Position numbers and translations under genes: made by a program. 64,000 bases of DNA, taken from NCBI RefSeq assembly GCF_003334355.1, contig NZ_QOWP01000023.1, one strand, 5' to 3'. Origin of the DNA: Escherichia coli (GTDB taxonomy: Bacteria; Pseudomonadota; Gammaproteobacteria; Enterobacterales; Enterobacteriaceae). Positions 12,569-23,598 of this stretch are shown piece by piece. The notes under the pieces are model-generated. The model worked only from the letters and a program-made list of their open reading frames with translations, did no database searches and was not told the origin of the DNA. The stretch's first letter is position 1; every line of letters starts with the position of its first letter.

Positions 12569-12607
12569 AAAAAAAATGGCGCTTTTTAGCGCCGTTTTTA
12601 TTTTTCA
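12569..12607. terminator. Bidirectional terminator between convergent arcA and creD
   Basis: A-run, hairpin ggcgc-ttttta-gcgcc, T-run. Confidence 0.7.
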
Positions 12608-12610
12608 ACC

Positions 12611-13963
12611 TTATTTCCAGATACGTAATTGATCGTCCATTGTAACTTCTTTACTGGCTTTCATTTTCGGCAGTGAAAACGCATACCAGTCGATATTACG
12701 AGTCACAAACATCATGCCGGCCAGCGCCACCACCAGCACACTGGTTCCCAACAACAGCGCGCTATCGGCAGAGTTGAGCAGTCCCCACATCACACCATCC
12801 AGCAACAACAGCGCGAGGGTAAACAACATGCTGTTGCGCCAGCCTTTCAATACCGCCTGCAAATAAATACCGTTCATTAACGCCCCAATCAGACTGGCGA
12901 TTATCCATGCCACGGTAAAACCGATATGTTCAGAAAGCGCCAGCAAGAGCAAATAAAACATCACCAATGAAAGCCCCACCAGCAAATATTGCATTGGGTG
13001 TAAACGTTGCGCGGTGAGCGTTTCAAAAACAAAGAACGCCATAAAAGTCAGTGCAATCAGCAGAATGGCGTACTTAGTCGCCCGGTCCGTTAATTGGTAT
13101 TGATCGGCTGGCGTCGTCACTGCGACGCTAAACGCGGGGAAGTTTTCCCAGCCGGTATCATTGCCTGAAGCAAAACGCTCACCGAGATTATTAGCAAACC
13201 AGCTGCTTTGCCATTGCGCCTGAAAACCTGACTCGCTAACTTCCCGTTTGGCTGGCAAAAAATCACCTAAAAAACTGGGATGCGGCCAGTTGCTGGTTAA
13301 GGTCATTTCGCTATTACGCCCGGCAGGCACCACAGAAAGATCGCCGGTACCGCTTAAATTCAGGGCCATATTCAGCTTCAGGTTCTGCTTCCGCCAGCCC
13401 CCTTCGGGTAAAGGGATATGCACGCCCTGCCCGCCTTGCTCTAACCCGGTGCCGGGTTCAATGGTCAGCGCCGTTCCGTTAACTTCAGGCGCTTTCACCA
13501 CACCAATACCACGCGCATCCCCGACGCTAATCACAATAAAGGGCTTGCCTAAGATGATATTTGGCGCGTTGAGCTCGCTAAGACGCGAAACATCGAAATC
13601 GGCTTTTAGCGTTAAATCACTGTGCCAGACCTGACCGGTATAAATCCCTATCTTGCGTTCTTCCACGTTCTGATTGCCATCAACCATCAATGACTCAGGT
13701 AACCAAAAATGGATAAAACTTCGTTTCCGCTCCACGGTTTTATCCTCTTCCTGCACCGTATAAAGCTCGGTCACAGGAATAGCGATAAGCGGCCCAACGA
13801 GTTTTTGCGGCCCGCTGGTACTTTGGCGAATCGCATCTTCCACATCGCTACGGTAATCGGCACGTTCGACAATCACTTGCCGAATCAGCATTATCGGAAT
13901 CAACAACAGCAATACTGCACCAAACAAGGTGGTCATTTTCCAGAACAGGGGGGATTTCAACAT
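12611..13963 (-). CDS. creD: Inner membrane protein CreD
   Basis: 450 aa membrane protein at the end of the creABCD cluster. Confidence 0.9.
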   Translation of the reverse strand: MLKSPLFWKMTTLFGAVLLLLIPIMLIRQVIVERADYRSDVEDAIRQSTSGPQKLVGPLIAIPVTELYTVQEEDKTVERKRSFIHFWLPESLMVDGNQNVEERKIGIYTGQVWHSDLTLKADFDVSRLSELNAPNIILGKPFIVISVGDARGIGVVKAPEVNGTALTIEPGTGLEQGGQGVHIPLPEGGWRKQNLKLNMALNLSGTGDLSVVPAGRNSEMTLTSNWPHPSFLGDFLPAKREVSESGFQAQWQSSWFANNLGERFASGNDTGWENFPAFSVAVTTPADQYQLTDRATKYAILLIALTFMAFFVFETLTAQRLHPMQYLLVGLSLVMFYLLLLALSEHIGFTVAWIIASLIGALMNGIYLQAVLKGWRNSMLFTLALLLLDGVMWGLLNSADSALLLGTSVLVVALAGMMFVTRNIDWYAFSLPKMKASKEVTMDDQLRIWK

Positions 13964-14020
13964 AGTCTTCTCCTTTGCAATGGCAGCAGGATACGAAGGC
14001 TATGTGGGAAGAATTTGAAG

Positions 14021-15445
14021 CTATGTGAAGTGACGGTGAAGTCGAAGCGAGGCCAGCACGCCACCTTCCTGCACGTTGCGCAGCGTGACTTCGCCGTTAA
14101 ACAAACGGGCGACCTCACTGACGAACGCCAACCCCAGACCGCTGCTTTTTTGCCCATTTGCACGCGGCAAAGAGTAAAAGCGTTCAAAAATACGTGACAG
14201 CGCGTAGTCAGGAATACCACTACCGGTATCCAGCACCTTAAGGGCGACGTGTTCCTGATCCACTTCGGCGCTTAGCGTTATGCGACCGCTCTCGGGGGTA
14301 AAATCGATGGCGTTATCCAGTAAATTCCCCAGCGCCTGCTCCAGTAACGCCGGTTCAGCAGCAACATTAACCTCAGTGGGCATAACATGTAGAGTGATGT
14401 TTTTTTCTGCCAACTGCACGGTGCGCGCTTCGCTGACGCGGCGAAATAATGCCGCCACATCAACAACAGTCAGAACGACTTCCTGACGATTCTCCAGTCT
14501 TGCCTGGCGTAGTAACGTTTCTACCAATGCCTGCATACGCGCATTTTGCGTCAGAATGTTGTCGGTAAAACGAGCCACCACTTCCGGTGGCGGACCTTCG
14601 CGTAAAATTTCCGCCGCGCCACGAATCGCCGCCAGTGGGCTTTTTAGCTCATGGGTTAACGCATAAACATACTGCTCAATATAGTTTTTCCCTTCCAGCT
14701 TCACGCGCATACTTTCCAGCGCCTGCGCAAGCTTACGCAACTCGCTACTGCCGAGTTCAGGAAGAGGAACGGGCTTATTGTCAGTGACGGAATCGGCATA
14801 GCGAGTGAGCCGGGCAATGGAGCGGTTGATCCACCAAACCATGCCTGCGCCAATCACCAGTGCAATCCCCAGCAAAATGGCGCTGGCCCATAAAATTCGC
14901 CGCTCGCTACGCTTAATGACCGGAGCCATCGCCGCGTTCGGTTTGCCTACGCTCAAAACGCCAATAAGCCGCGAGCCGTCCATAATCAGCGCGGCAACAT
15001 ACATCACCGAACTTTCGGGATCGGCAGGATTTTGCAACGTGCTGCGCGCACCATACTGACCACGCAACGTTAGCCAGACGTCATTCCAGCGCGAATAATC
15101 CTGCCCAACGGCTTTATTTGCCGAATCGAACAATACTTTACCCTGCGAATCGGTCATATAGACATGATATTCATTGCGCACTTTGTTAATGCCACCGATA
15201 TTGGCGCGAAACGGGCGATGTTGTAGCTGATTAAACGCCTGCGCCAGTTGCCCATGCGTTGGGTCCCCAGAGAGCAAATCGGGACGCGCCAGCTCCGCCA
15301 GCAACGTTGCGGTATCGATTAACGTCCCCTCCGTTGCTCTTCGCACGCCCGGTTTAACTTCTTTGACAAAAATAGCCAGTACGAACCAGGCCGCCACCGC
15401 CACCAGTAAAAAATAGCCCAGCAGCAACCGCATGCCGATACGCAT
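14021..15445 (-). CDS. creC: Sensor histidine kinase CreC
   Basis: 474 aa; HisKA/HATPase motifs (HELKSPLAAIRGAAE...), overlaps creB stop. Confidence 0.92.
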   Translation of the reverse strand: MRIGMRLLLGYFLLVAVAAWFVLAIFVKEVKPGVRRATEGTLIDTATLLAELARPDLLSGDPTHGQLAQAFNQLQHRPFRANIGGINKVRNEYHVYMTDSQGKVLFDSANKAVGQDYSRWNDVWLTLRGQYGARSTLQNPADPESSVMYVAALIMDGSRLIGVLSVGKPNAAMAPVIKRSERRILWASAILLGIALVIGAGMVWWINRSIARLTRYADSVTDNKPVPLPELGSSELRKLAQALESMRVKLEGKNYIEQYVYALTHELKSPLAAIRGAAEILREGPPPEVVARFTDNILTQNARMQALVETLLRQARLENRQEVVLTVVDVAALFRRVSEARTVQLAEKNITLHVMPTEVNVAAEPALLEQALGNLLDNAIDFTPESGRITLSAEVDQEHVALKVLDTGSGIPDYALSRIFERFYSLPRANGQKSSGLGLAFVSEVARLFNGEVTLRNVQEGGVLASLRLHRHFT

Positions 15446-16134
15446 TACAGGCCCCTCAGGCTATATCCCATGCCGCGATGAGTATTAATCGGTGAAAGAT
15501 CGGGGTTGATGGCGCGCAGCTTGGCACGCAACGTTTTAATGTGGGTATCAATGGTGCGATCGTAGGTGTCCTGCGCATCTTCCCACACGCTATCCATTAG
15601 TTGCTGGCGGGACCAGACGCGGCCTGGCGACTTGAGTAACGTCTTCAGCAATAAAAACTCATACCGCGTCAGCGTTAATGGCGTGTCAAACCAGCTGATC
15701 TGCGCCGCGGGTTCATTCAATTCAAAATGACCAATACGGATGACGGGAGACGGCGACGAGAACTTCTTCACCCGACGCAGTAAGGTGCGCACCCTGGCGC
15801 ACACTTCGCGGGGTGAAAACGGTTTAGCCACATAGTCGTCAGCGCCAATTTCCAGCCCAAGCAGGCGATCGACCTCTTCACTTCGGGCCGTCAGGAACAG
15901 TACAGGTAACGCCGGATGGAGCGCCAGTAACTGGCGGCATAATTCAAAGCCGCTGATATCAGGCAAACCAACATCGAGAATCATGACGTCGGGAGCCTGC
16001 TGGCGAGCTTTATCCAGCACCGGCAAGCCTCGCTCAAAGACCTCGACGGCAAAACCTTCCTGCTGCAACATGTAGACCAGCGTGTCGGCTATCCCTTGCT
16101 CATCTTCCACTAACCAGACCGTTTCCCGTTGCAT
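15445..16134 (-). CDS. creB: Response regulator CreB
   Basis: 229 aa OmpR-family regulator, MQRETVWLVEDEQGIADTL... Confidence 0.92.
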   Translation of the reverse strand: MQRETVWLVEDEQGIADTLVYMLQQEGFAVEVFERGLPVLDKARQQAPDVMILDVGLPDISGFELCRQLLALHPALPVLFLTARSEEVDRLLGLEIGADDYVAKPFSPREVCARVRTLLRRVKKFSSPSPVIRIGHFELNEPAAQISWFDTPLTLTRYEFLLLKTLLKSPGRVWSRQQLMDSVWEDAQDTYDRTIDTHIKTLRAKLRAINPDLSPINTHRGMGYSLRGL

Positions 16135-16146
16135 AAATCGCCTCTG

Positions 16147-16620
16147 TTATTGCCGCCACGGCATGACAGGAACCGCGCTAATCGCGTTTTTCGGCGAACC
16201 TTCTACAACTTTGTCGGAGTAAGCCAGATAAGCGAGCGCGTTGCGTTTGGCGTCATAAAAGCGCACGACCTGTAACGACTTAAAGACCAGGGACGTGCGT
16301 TTTTTGAATACTACCTCGCCCTGAGCTTTGCCGTTTTTAATACGATCCGACAGTTCAATCGGCCCGACTTGCTGACAAGAAATAGCCGCATCGGAGGTAT
16401 CTTCCGCCAGACCCAATCCCCCTTTAATACCACCTGTTTTCGCCCGGCTCACATAACAGGTGACATTTTTCACATCGGGATCGTCAAAGGCTTCCACAAC
16501 AATTTTGTGATCCGGGCCGATCATTTTAAATACGGTGTCGACCGAACCAATCTCTTCTGCATGAGCCAATGGCCCCAGCATTATCAGGCTTAAAGACAGG
16601 ATCAAATGCTTGTATTTCAT
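16147..16620 (-). CDS. creA: Periplasmic protein CreA
   Basis: 157 aa with signal peptide; first gene of the cre cluster. Confidence 0.88.
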
Positions 16621-16830
16621 ATTGTTACCATTTTTATCTATTACACGAGCAATTAGTTCGTCACGGTAAATAACATATTGATTAAGAACAAAATCTCAAT
16701 ACTTTTATTTCCGTCAAGACCTAAAACATACTCTACTAAGAAAAAAACACTGAATGCTAAAACAGCAAAAAATGCTATTATCCAATTACCTGATGTCAGG
16801 TGCTCGTTGTTGAAAGGATGAGGATATTTT

Positions 16831-17700
16831 ATGGATCAGGCCGGCATTATTCGCGACCTTTTAATCTGGCTGGAAGGTCATCTGGATCAGCCCCTGTCGC
16901 TCGACAATGTAGCGGCGAAAGCAGGTTATTCCAAGTGGCACTTACAGAGAATGTTTAAAGATGTCACTGGCCATGCTATTGGCGCGTATATTCGTGCTCG
17001 TCGTTTGTCGAAATCGGCGGTCGCACTACGCCTGACTGCGCGTCCGATTCTGGACATCGCGCTGCAATACCGCTTCGACTCTCAACAGACATTTACCCGC
17101 GCATTCAAGAAGCAGTTTGCCCAGACTCCTGCACTTTACCGCCGTTCTCCTGAATGGAGCGCCTTTGGTATTCGCCCGCCGCTGCGTCTGGGTGAATTCA
17201 CTATGCCAGAGCATAAATTTGTCACCCTGGAAGATACGCCGCTGATTGGTGTTACCCAGAGCTACTCCTGTTCGCTGGAGCAAATCTCTGATTTCCGCCA
17301 TGAAATGCGTTATCAGTTCTGGCACGATTTTCTCGGCAACGCGCCGACCATTCCGCCAGTGCTCTACGGCCTGAATGAAACGCGTCCGAGTCAGGATAAA
17401 GACGACGAACAAGAGGTATTCTATACCACCGCGTTAGCCCAGGATCAGGCAGATGGCTATGTACTGACGGGGCATCCGGTGATGCTGCAGGGCGGCGAAT
17501 ATGTGATGTTTACCTATGAAGGTCTGGGAACCGGCGTGCAGGAGTTTATCCTGACGGTATACGGAACGTGCATGCCAATGCTCAACCTGACGCGCCGTAA
17601 AGGTCAGGATATTGAGCGATACTACCCGGCAGAAGACGCCAAAGCGGGAGATCGCCCAATTAATCTGCGCTGTGAACTGCTGATTCCTATCCGCCGTTAA
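16831..17700 (+). CDS. rob: AraC/XylS-family transcriptional activator Rob
   Basis: 289 aa, MDQAGIIRDLLIWLEGHLDQPLSLDNVAAKAGYSKWHLQRMFK... Confidence 0.95.
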   Translation: MDQAGIIRDLLIWLEGHLDQPLSLDNVAAKAGYSKWHLQRMFKDVTGHAIGAYIRARRLSKSAVALRLTARPILDIALQYRFDSQQTFTRAFKKQFAQTPALYRRSPEWSAFGIRPPLRLGEFTMPEHKFVTLEDTPLIGVTQSYSCSLEQISDFRHEMRYQFWHDFLGNAPTIPPVLYGLNETRPSQDKDDEQEVFYTTALAQDQADGYVLTGHPVMLQGGEYVMFTYEGLGTGVQEFILTVYGTCMPMLNLTRRKGQDIERYYPAEDAKAGDRPINLRCELLIPIRR

Positions 17701-18344
17701 CGCTGCAGCTCATCTAATGCAGGGGCGTCCAGATGCGAGATGTCCCCTGCGGTTTCAACGACCCAGCCAGACGCCAGCCACAGGCTTTCCTGATAATCCA
17801 CGCGCGAAATAGAACAGTTACGCAGACGTAAGCGGCGCTCTGCCCATGCTGGTAATCCGAGAATCGTACTCACCAGGCATCCCAGTGCAATACCATGACT
17901 CACCAGCAGCGGTCGGCTTCCCTGCGGTAAGTCCCGGCAAGATTCCAGTGCCGCATTGACGCGATCGCTGAGCTCCTGCATTGACTCACCTTCAGGAATA
18001 CGCCCGTCAACGGTGCCATTGACCAGCTGCCGACGCCAGTTCTCTTCTTCTTCGGTCAGAGAATCGATATGCCTTTTTTCCAGCACACCCATGTTTAATT
18101 CACGCAGGCGAGAATCAAAGATGATGTCACAGCCGCAGGCCTGGGCGATGATTTCCGCCGTACGCCGGGTGCGTCCTAAATCGCTACTGATAATATGCGT
18201 AATGCCAAGCTCTTTGGCACGGGTTGCCACCTGCATCGCCTGTTGCTCACCTTTGGCGGTCAGCGGGCTGTCAGACTGGCCCTGAATACGTCGCTCGGCG
18301 TTCCACTGCGTTTCACCGTGGCGGACTAGGTATACCTGTAACAT
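17697..18344 (-). CDS. gpmB: Probable phosphoglycerate mutase GpmB
   Basis: 215 aa, MLQVYLVRHGETQWNAERRIQGQSDSPL... (histidine phosphatase motif RHGE). Confidence 0.92.
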   Translation of the reverse strand: MLQVYLVRHGETQWNAERRIQGQSDSPLTAKGEQQAMQVATRAKELGITHIISSDLGRTRRTAEIIAQACGCDIIFDSRLRELNMGVLEKRHIDSLTEEEENWRRQLVNGTVDGRIPEGESMQELSDRVNAALESCRDLPQGSRPLLVSHGIALGCLVSTILGLPAWAERRLRLRNCSISRVDYQESLWLASGWVVETAGDISHLDAPALDELQR

Positions 18345-18383
18345 GCTTTTTTTCCGTATACTGCTGTAACGTTAATTTTCTGA

Positions 18384-18908
<525 letters not shown>

Positions 18909-18910
18909 GC

Positions 18911-19058
18911 GCCTGATGCGACGCTGCCGCGTCTTATCATGCCTACCAAACATATTGAAATTACGGGTATTTGTAGGACGGATAAGGCGTTCACGCCGCA
19001 TCCGGCATTCGGTGCACGATGCCTGATGCGACGCTGCCGCGTCTTATCAGGCCTACAA
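18911..19058. repeat. REP element pair between yjjX and trpR
   Basis: gcctgatgcgacgctgccgcgtcttatca... inverted REP units. Confidence 0.8.
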
Positions 19059-19060
19059 AA

Positions 19061-19402
<342 letters not shown>

Positions 19403-19476
19403 TTAGCGGGGGAAGCAAAATGCCTCCCCCGGTTGTACTCGCTAAAGAGTACGATAGCATATCATAAACGTGCGGA

Positions 19477-21414
19477 TCAGTAACGACGTCCCCATTCCGT
19501 GGCGCTCATCAACGTCGGTTTATCCCCCATGAAATAGCGGTAGTAAGCGTCATAAGCCAGCACGTTCTTCACATAACCGCGCGTCTCGGAGAACGGAATA
19601 CTCTCGACAAATGCCACAGCGTCGATACGCCCGGCGCTGTTGCCAAGCCAGGTTCGCACCCGTCCAGGTCCGGCGTTATAAGCTGCTGAGGAGAAAATAC
19701 GGTTATTGCCAAACTGCTGATAAACATATTGCAGGTAACTGGTGCCAATGTTGATATTCGTTTCCGGATCCAGCAATTGCCCAGGGCTGCTATAACCAGG
19801 AATAGAGAACATCTTCACCGTATGGGTCGCTGTACCAGGCATAATCTGCATCAGGCCGCTGGCCCCTACCGGTGATTTCACTTTCGGATTCCAGGCGCTC
19901 TCCTGACGGGCAATCGCCATCGCATAGCTTTGCGGGATCTCTTTCCCACTGGTGTAACGTTTGAAAAGATCGTTGTAAGCCAGCGGGAATCGCTCTTCCA
20001 GATGATCCCAAAGCTTCCCGGCGATCGTTGCCTGAACGCTAAGATCCCACCATTGGTTATTGAAAGCATACCGAGCCAGTTGAGCCTGCTCTGTTTTTGA
20101 CTTGCTCTTCACCAGATTGGCCCACTCGCTACGCGCGGTGTTATCGAGATTCCAGTACATCAACTCGCGCACGCGCGCCATCTCCGGCCCCTGAGTCAGG
20201 GCGCTGTCAACATTCTGCGGCGCTTTATCAATCTTCAGCTCATACTCTTCTCCGATGCGTTGTGCTGCAACCATCGGGTAGAAACCACGCTGTTGCATGA
20301 GTTGATGCAAAATCTCTTTCGCTTCAGCTTCACGTCCGCGTTCCAGCAATAAATCCGCCTGCCAGTAACGCCATTCATCTTTCTCTTTTGCTTCCATCGG
20401 CAGACGCGCCAGCCAGGTATTCAGGCCGCGACGATCGCCGGTGCCAAGTGCCATTCGCACACGGCGTTCAATCAACGACGTGGATTGCGAGCGCATAATG
20501 GCGTCATCGCGCCATTTCGCCTGCTCGTCGGTGACATCGTTGCCCATCAAACGCCAGGCGACGATATCGCGCAGCTCCTGAATCTGATCTTCATTAAGCT
20601 GCTGCGCCTGGGCAAGCGACGGGATCATCAGCCGTGCATTTTCAGCATCCTGCCGCGCCACACTGGCAAACGCCACCGCCGCCATTTGACGGGTAAAATC
20701 GGTCGCTCCGGTTGTACGCGCGAAGGTCAGTACCGTATTAGGGTTGTTCGCCAGTGAAATGATTGCCGAGGCGATAGTCTGGTAATCGGCAGGCATCTGC
20801 CCTGCCAGCACTGTTACCAGGCCAGTGTTACCCGCTTTCATCGCCAGACGGATACGCTCTAAATAAGCCAGCGGATCTTGTTTACCTGACGCACGCCAGA
20901 CGCTAAATAACTTGTCACAGGCGTTAGGCTGGCTCTTGCCGGTTAGCCACAGCTCTTTCGCCCCTTGCCAGGCTTCTTCACTCTGCCCGGTGTTCCATTT
21001 CGCATAGTAGTAATTACATTGCGCTTCGGTAGTTCCGGGCTTTTCCGGGCTAAAGGCTAACAAGCCACGCCAGTCTTCACGCCGCGCCAGTTCATTGACG
21101 AAACGAGATTGCAGCGTGCGAGCGGGAGGAAGCGTGGGGTTAGCGCGAACAAAGTTAGTGACCGTCACCGCCGGTTGATTCATCAGATCATCGGTGATCT
21201 GGCGGTATTCCAGGTAGGGATAAAGCGGATAATCCTTCAGTCCAGGCATCATTTGTTCGACCACATCCATTTGTCGATTATCCCAGGCCTGCTTGATTTG
21301 CGCGTAACGGCTACGCTGCTCATCCAGTGAGTCGGCTCGCGCCACGCTGCTGACCGTCAGCAGACAGACACCGGCAGCCAACAGCCGCCAGGTAACTTGT
21401 TTGGCTTTTTCCAC
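19477..21414 (-). CDS. slt: Soluble lytic murein transglycosylase Slt70
   Basis: Listed ORF contains VEKAKQVTWRLLAAGVCLLTVSSVARADSL...; start taken at the remembered GTG (645 aa). Confidence 0.9.
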   Translation of the reverse strand: MEKAKQVTWRLLAAGVCLLTVSSVARADSLDEQRSRYAQIKQAWDNRQMDVVEQMMPGLKDYPLYPYLEYRQITDDLMNQPAVTVTNFVRANPTLPPARTLQSRFVNELARREDWRGLLAFSPEKPGTTEAQCNYYYAKWNTGQSEEAWQGAKELWLTGKSQPNACDKLFSVWRASGKQDPLAYLERIRLAMKAGNTGLVTVLAGQMPADYQTIASAIISLANNPNTVLTFARTTGATDFTRQMAAVAFASVARQDAENARLMIPSLAQAQQLNEDQIQELRDIVAWRLMGNDVTDEQAKWRDDAIMRSQSTSLIERRVRMALGTGDRRGLNTWLARLPMEAKEKDEWRYWQADLLLERGREAEAKEILHQLMQQRGFYPMVAAQRIGEEYELKIDKAPQNVDSALTQGPEMARVRELMYWNLDNTARSEWANLVKSKSKTEQAQLARYAFNNQWWDLSVQATIAGKLWDHLEERFPLAYNDLFKRYTSGKEIPQSYAMAIARQESAWNPKVKSPVGASGLMQIMPGTATHTVKMFSIPGYSSPGQLLDPETNINIGTSYLQYVYQQFGNNRIFSSAAYNAGPGRVRTWLGNSAGRIDAVAFVESIPFSETRGYVKNVLAYDAYYRYFMGDKPTLMSATEWGRRY

Positions 21415-21624
21415 AAGCGCATCCTCTAAGTGTAAATACATCAATGCAGCGTCATGCCGCGTAATAGATTTATGCTAACCAGTCATTGCCGTTTACGCCA
21501 CGTTACGGACACTTTTTTACTTTTACTGCGAAGGTGATCGACCAACTGGGATTAGGCGGGGAAAAAGGCTACACTTCGCCTTTGAAAACTCATCATCACG
21601 ATAAACATAGAGGCGAAGTCCAAC

Positions 21625-23292
21625 GTGGCTCAATTCGTTTATACCATGCATCGTGTCGGCAAAGTTGTTCCGCCGAAACGTCATATTTTGAAAAACATCT
21701 CTCTGAGTTTCTTCCCTGGGGCAAAAATTGGTGTCCTGGGTCTGAACGGCGCGGGTAAGTCTACCCTGCTGCGCATTATGGCGGGCATTGATAAAGACAT
21801 CGAAGGTGAAGCGCGTCCGCAGCCAGACATCAAGATTGGTTACCTGCCGCAGGAACCGCAGCTGAACCCGGAACACACCGTGCGTGAGTCCATTGAAGAA
21901 GCGGTTTCTGAAGTGGTTAACGCCCTGAAACGCCTGGATGAAGTGTATGCGCTGTACGCCGATCCGGATGCCGATTTTGACAAGCTGGCCGCTGAACAAG
22001 GCCGTCTGGAAGAGATCATTCAGGCTCACGACGGTCATAACCTGAACGTACAGCTGGAGCGTGCGGCGGATGCGCTACGTCTGCCGGACTGGGACGCGAA
22101 AATCGCTAACCTCTCCGGTGGTGAGCGTCGTCGCGTAGCGTTGTGCCGCCTGCTGCTGGAAAAACCAGACATGCTGCTGCTCGACGAACCGACCAACCAC
22201 CTGGATGCCGAATCCGTGGCCTGGCTGGAACGCTTCCTGCACGACTTCGAGGGCACCGTGGTGGCGATTACCCACGACCGTTACTTCCTCGATAACGTTG
22301 CAGGCTGGATCCTCGAACTTGACCGCGGTGAAGGTATTCCGTGGGAAGGCAACTACTCCTCCTGGCTGGAGCAGAAAGATCAGCGCCTGGCGCAGGAAGC
22401 TTCACAAGAAGCGGCGCGTCGTAAGTCGATCGAGAAAGAGCTGGAGTGGGTACGTCAGGGAACTAAAGGCCGCCAGTCGAAAGGTAAAGCACGTCTGGCA
22501 CGCTTTGAAGAGCTGAACAGCACCGAATATCAGAAACGTAACGAAACCAACGAACTGTTTATTCCACCTGGACCGCGTCTGGGCGATAAAGTGCTGGAAG
22601 TCAGCAACCTGCGTAAATCCTACGGTGATCGCCTGCTGATTGATGACCTGAGCTTCTCGATCCCGAAAGGGGCAATCGTCGGGATCATCGGTCCGAACGG
22701 CGCGGGTAAATCGACCCTGTTCCGTATGATCTCTGGTCAGGAACAGCCGGACAGCGGCACCATCACTTTAGGTGAAACGGTGAAACTGGCATCGGTTGAT
22801 CAGTTCCGTGACTCAATGGATAACAGCAAAACCGTTTGGGAAGAAGTTTCCGGCGGGCTGGATATTATGAAGATCGGCAACACCGAGATGCCAAGCCGCG
22901 CCTACGTTGGCCGCTTTAACTTTAAAGGGGTTGATCAGGGTAAACGCGTTGGTGAACTTTCCGGTGGTGAGCGCGGTCGTCTGCATCTGGCGAAGCTGCT
23001 GCAGGTTGGCGGCAACATGCTGCTGCTCGACGAACCAACCAACGACCTGGATATCGAAACCCTGCGCGCGCTGGAAAACGCCCTGCTGGAGTTCCCGGGC
23101 TGTGCGATGGTTATCTCGCACGACCGTTGGTTCCTCGACCGTATCGCCACGCACATCCTGGACTACCAGGATGAAGGTAAAGTTGAGTTCTTCGAAGGTA
23201 ACTTTACTGAGTACGAAGAGTACAAGAAACGCACGCTGGGCGCAGACGCACTGGAGCCGAAGCGTATCAAGTACAAGCGTATTGCGAAGTAA
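21625..23292 (+). CDS. ettA: ABC-F translational throttle protein EttA (YjjK)
   Basis: 555 aa, two ABC ATPase domains (GLNGAGKST, GPNGAGKST). Confidence 0.95.
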   Translation: MAQFVYTMHRVGKVVPPKRHILKNISLSFFPGAKIGVLGLNGAGKSTLLRIMAGIDKDIEGEARPQPDIKIGYLPQEPQLNPEHTVRESIEEAVSEVVNALKRLDEVYALYADPDADFDKLAAEQGRLEEIIQAHDGHNLNVQLERAADALRLPDWDAKIANLSGGERRRVALCRLLLEKPDMLLLDEPTNHLDAESVAWLERFLHDFEGTVVAITHDRYFLDNVAGWILELDRGEGIPWEGNYSSWLEQKDQRLAQEASQEAARRKSIEKELEWVRQGTKGRQSKGKARLARFEELNSTEYQKRNETNELFIPPGPRLGDKVLEVSNLRKSYGDRLLIDDLSFSIPKGAIVGIIGPNGAGKSTLFRMISGQEQPDSGTITLGETVKLASVDQFRDSMDNSKTVWEEVSGGLDIMKIGNTEMPSRAYVGRFNFKGVDQGKRVGELSGGERGRLHLAKLLQVGGNMLLLDEPTNDLDIETLRALENALLEFPGCAMVISHDRWFLDRIATHILDYQDEGKVEFFEGNFTEYEEYKKRTLGADALEPKRIKYKRIAK

Positions 23293-23301
23293 TGCGTAAA
23301 A

Positions 23302-23455
23302 TGCCGGATGCGGCGTGAACGCCTTATCCGGCCTACAAACCAAGAAATTTCAATACGTTGTGAATCTCCAGGCCTGATAAGACGCGGTAAGCGTCGCATC
23401 AGGCATTGAGCACCGAATGCCGGATACGGCGTGAACGCCTTTTCCGGCCTACAAC
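23302..23455. repeat. REP elements (BIME) between ettA and nadR
   Basis: Three REP-like units gccggatgcggcgtgaacgccttatccggcctac and variants. Confidence 0.8.
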
Positions 23456-23598
23456 AGCCTTAGTATCCGCAATTTCGTAGCGGGTCACCCGTGCAGGTTT
23501 TTTCAAACCTTGTTTAATCTCGACAGCCTCTTCCAGAGAGGTTTTCAACTCATCAAAAAACTTATTTTATACCTCGCCTTTGAGCCGTTTCATCGCGG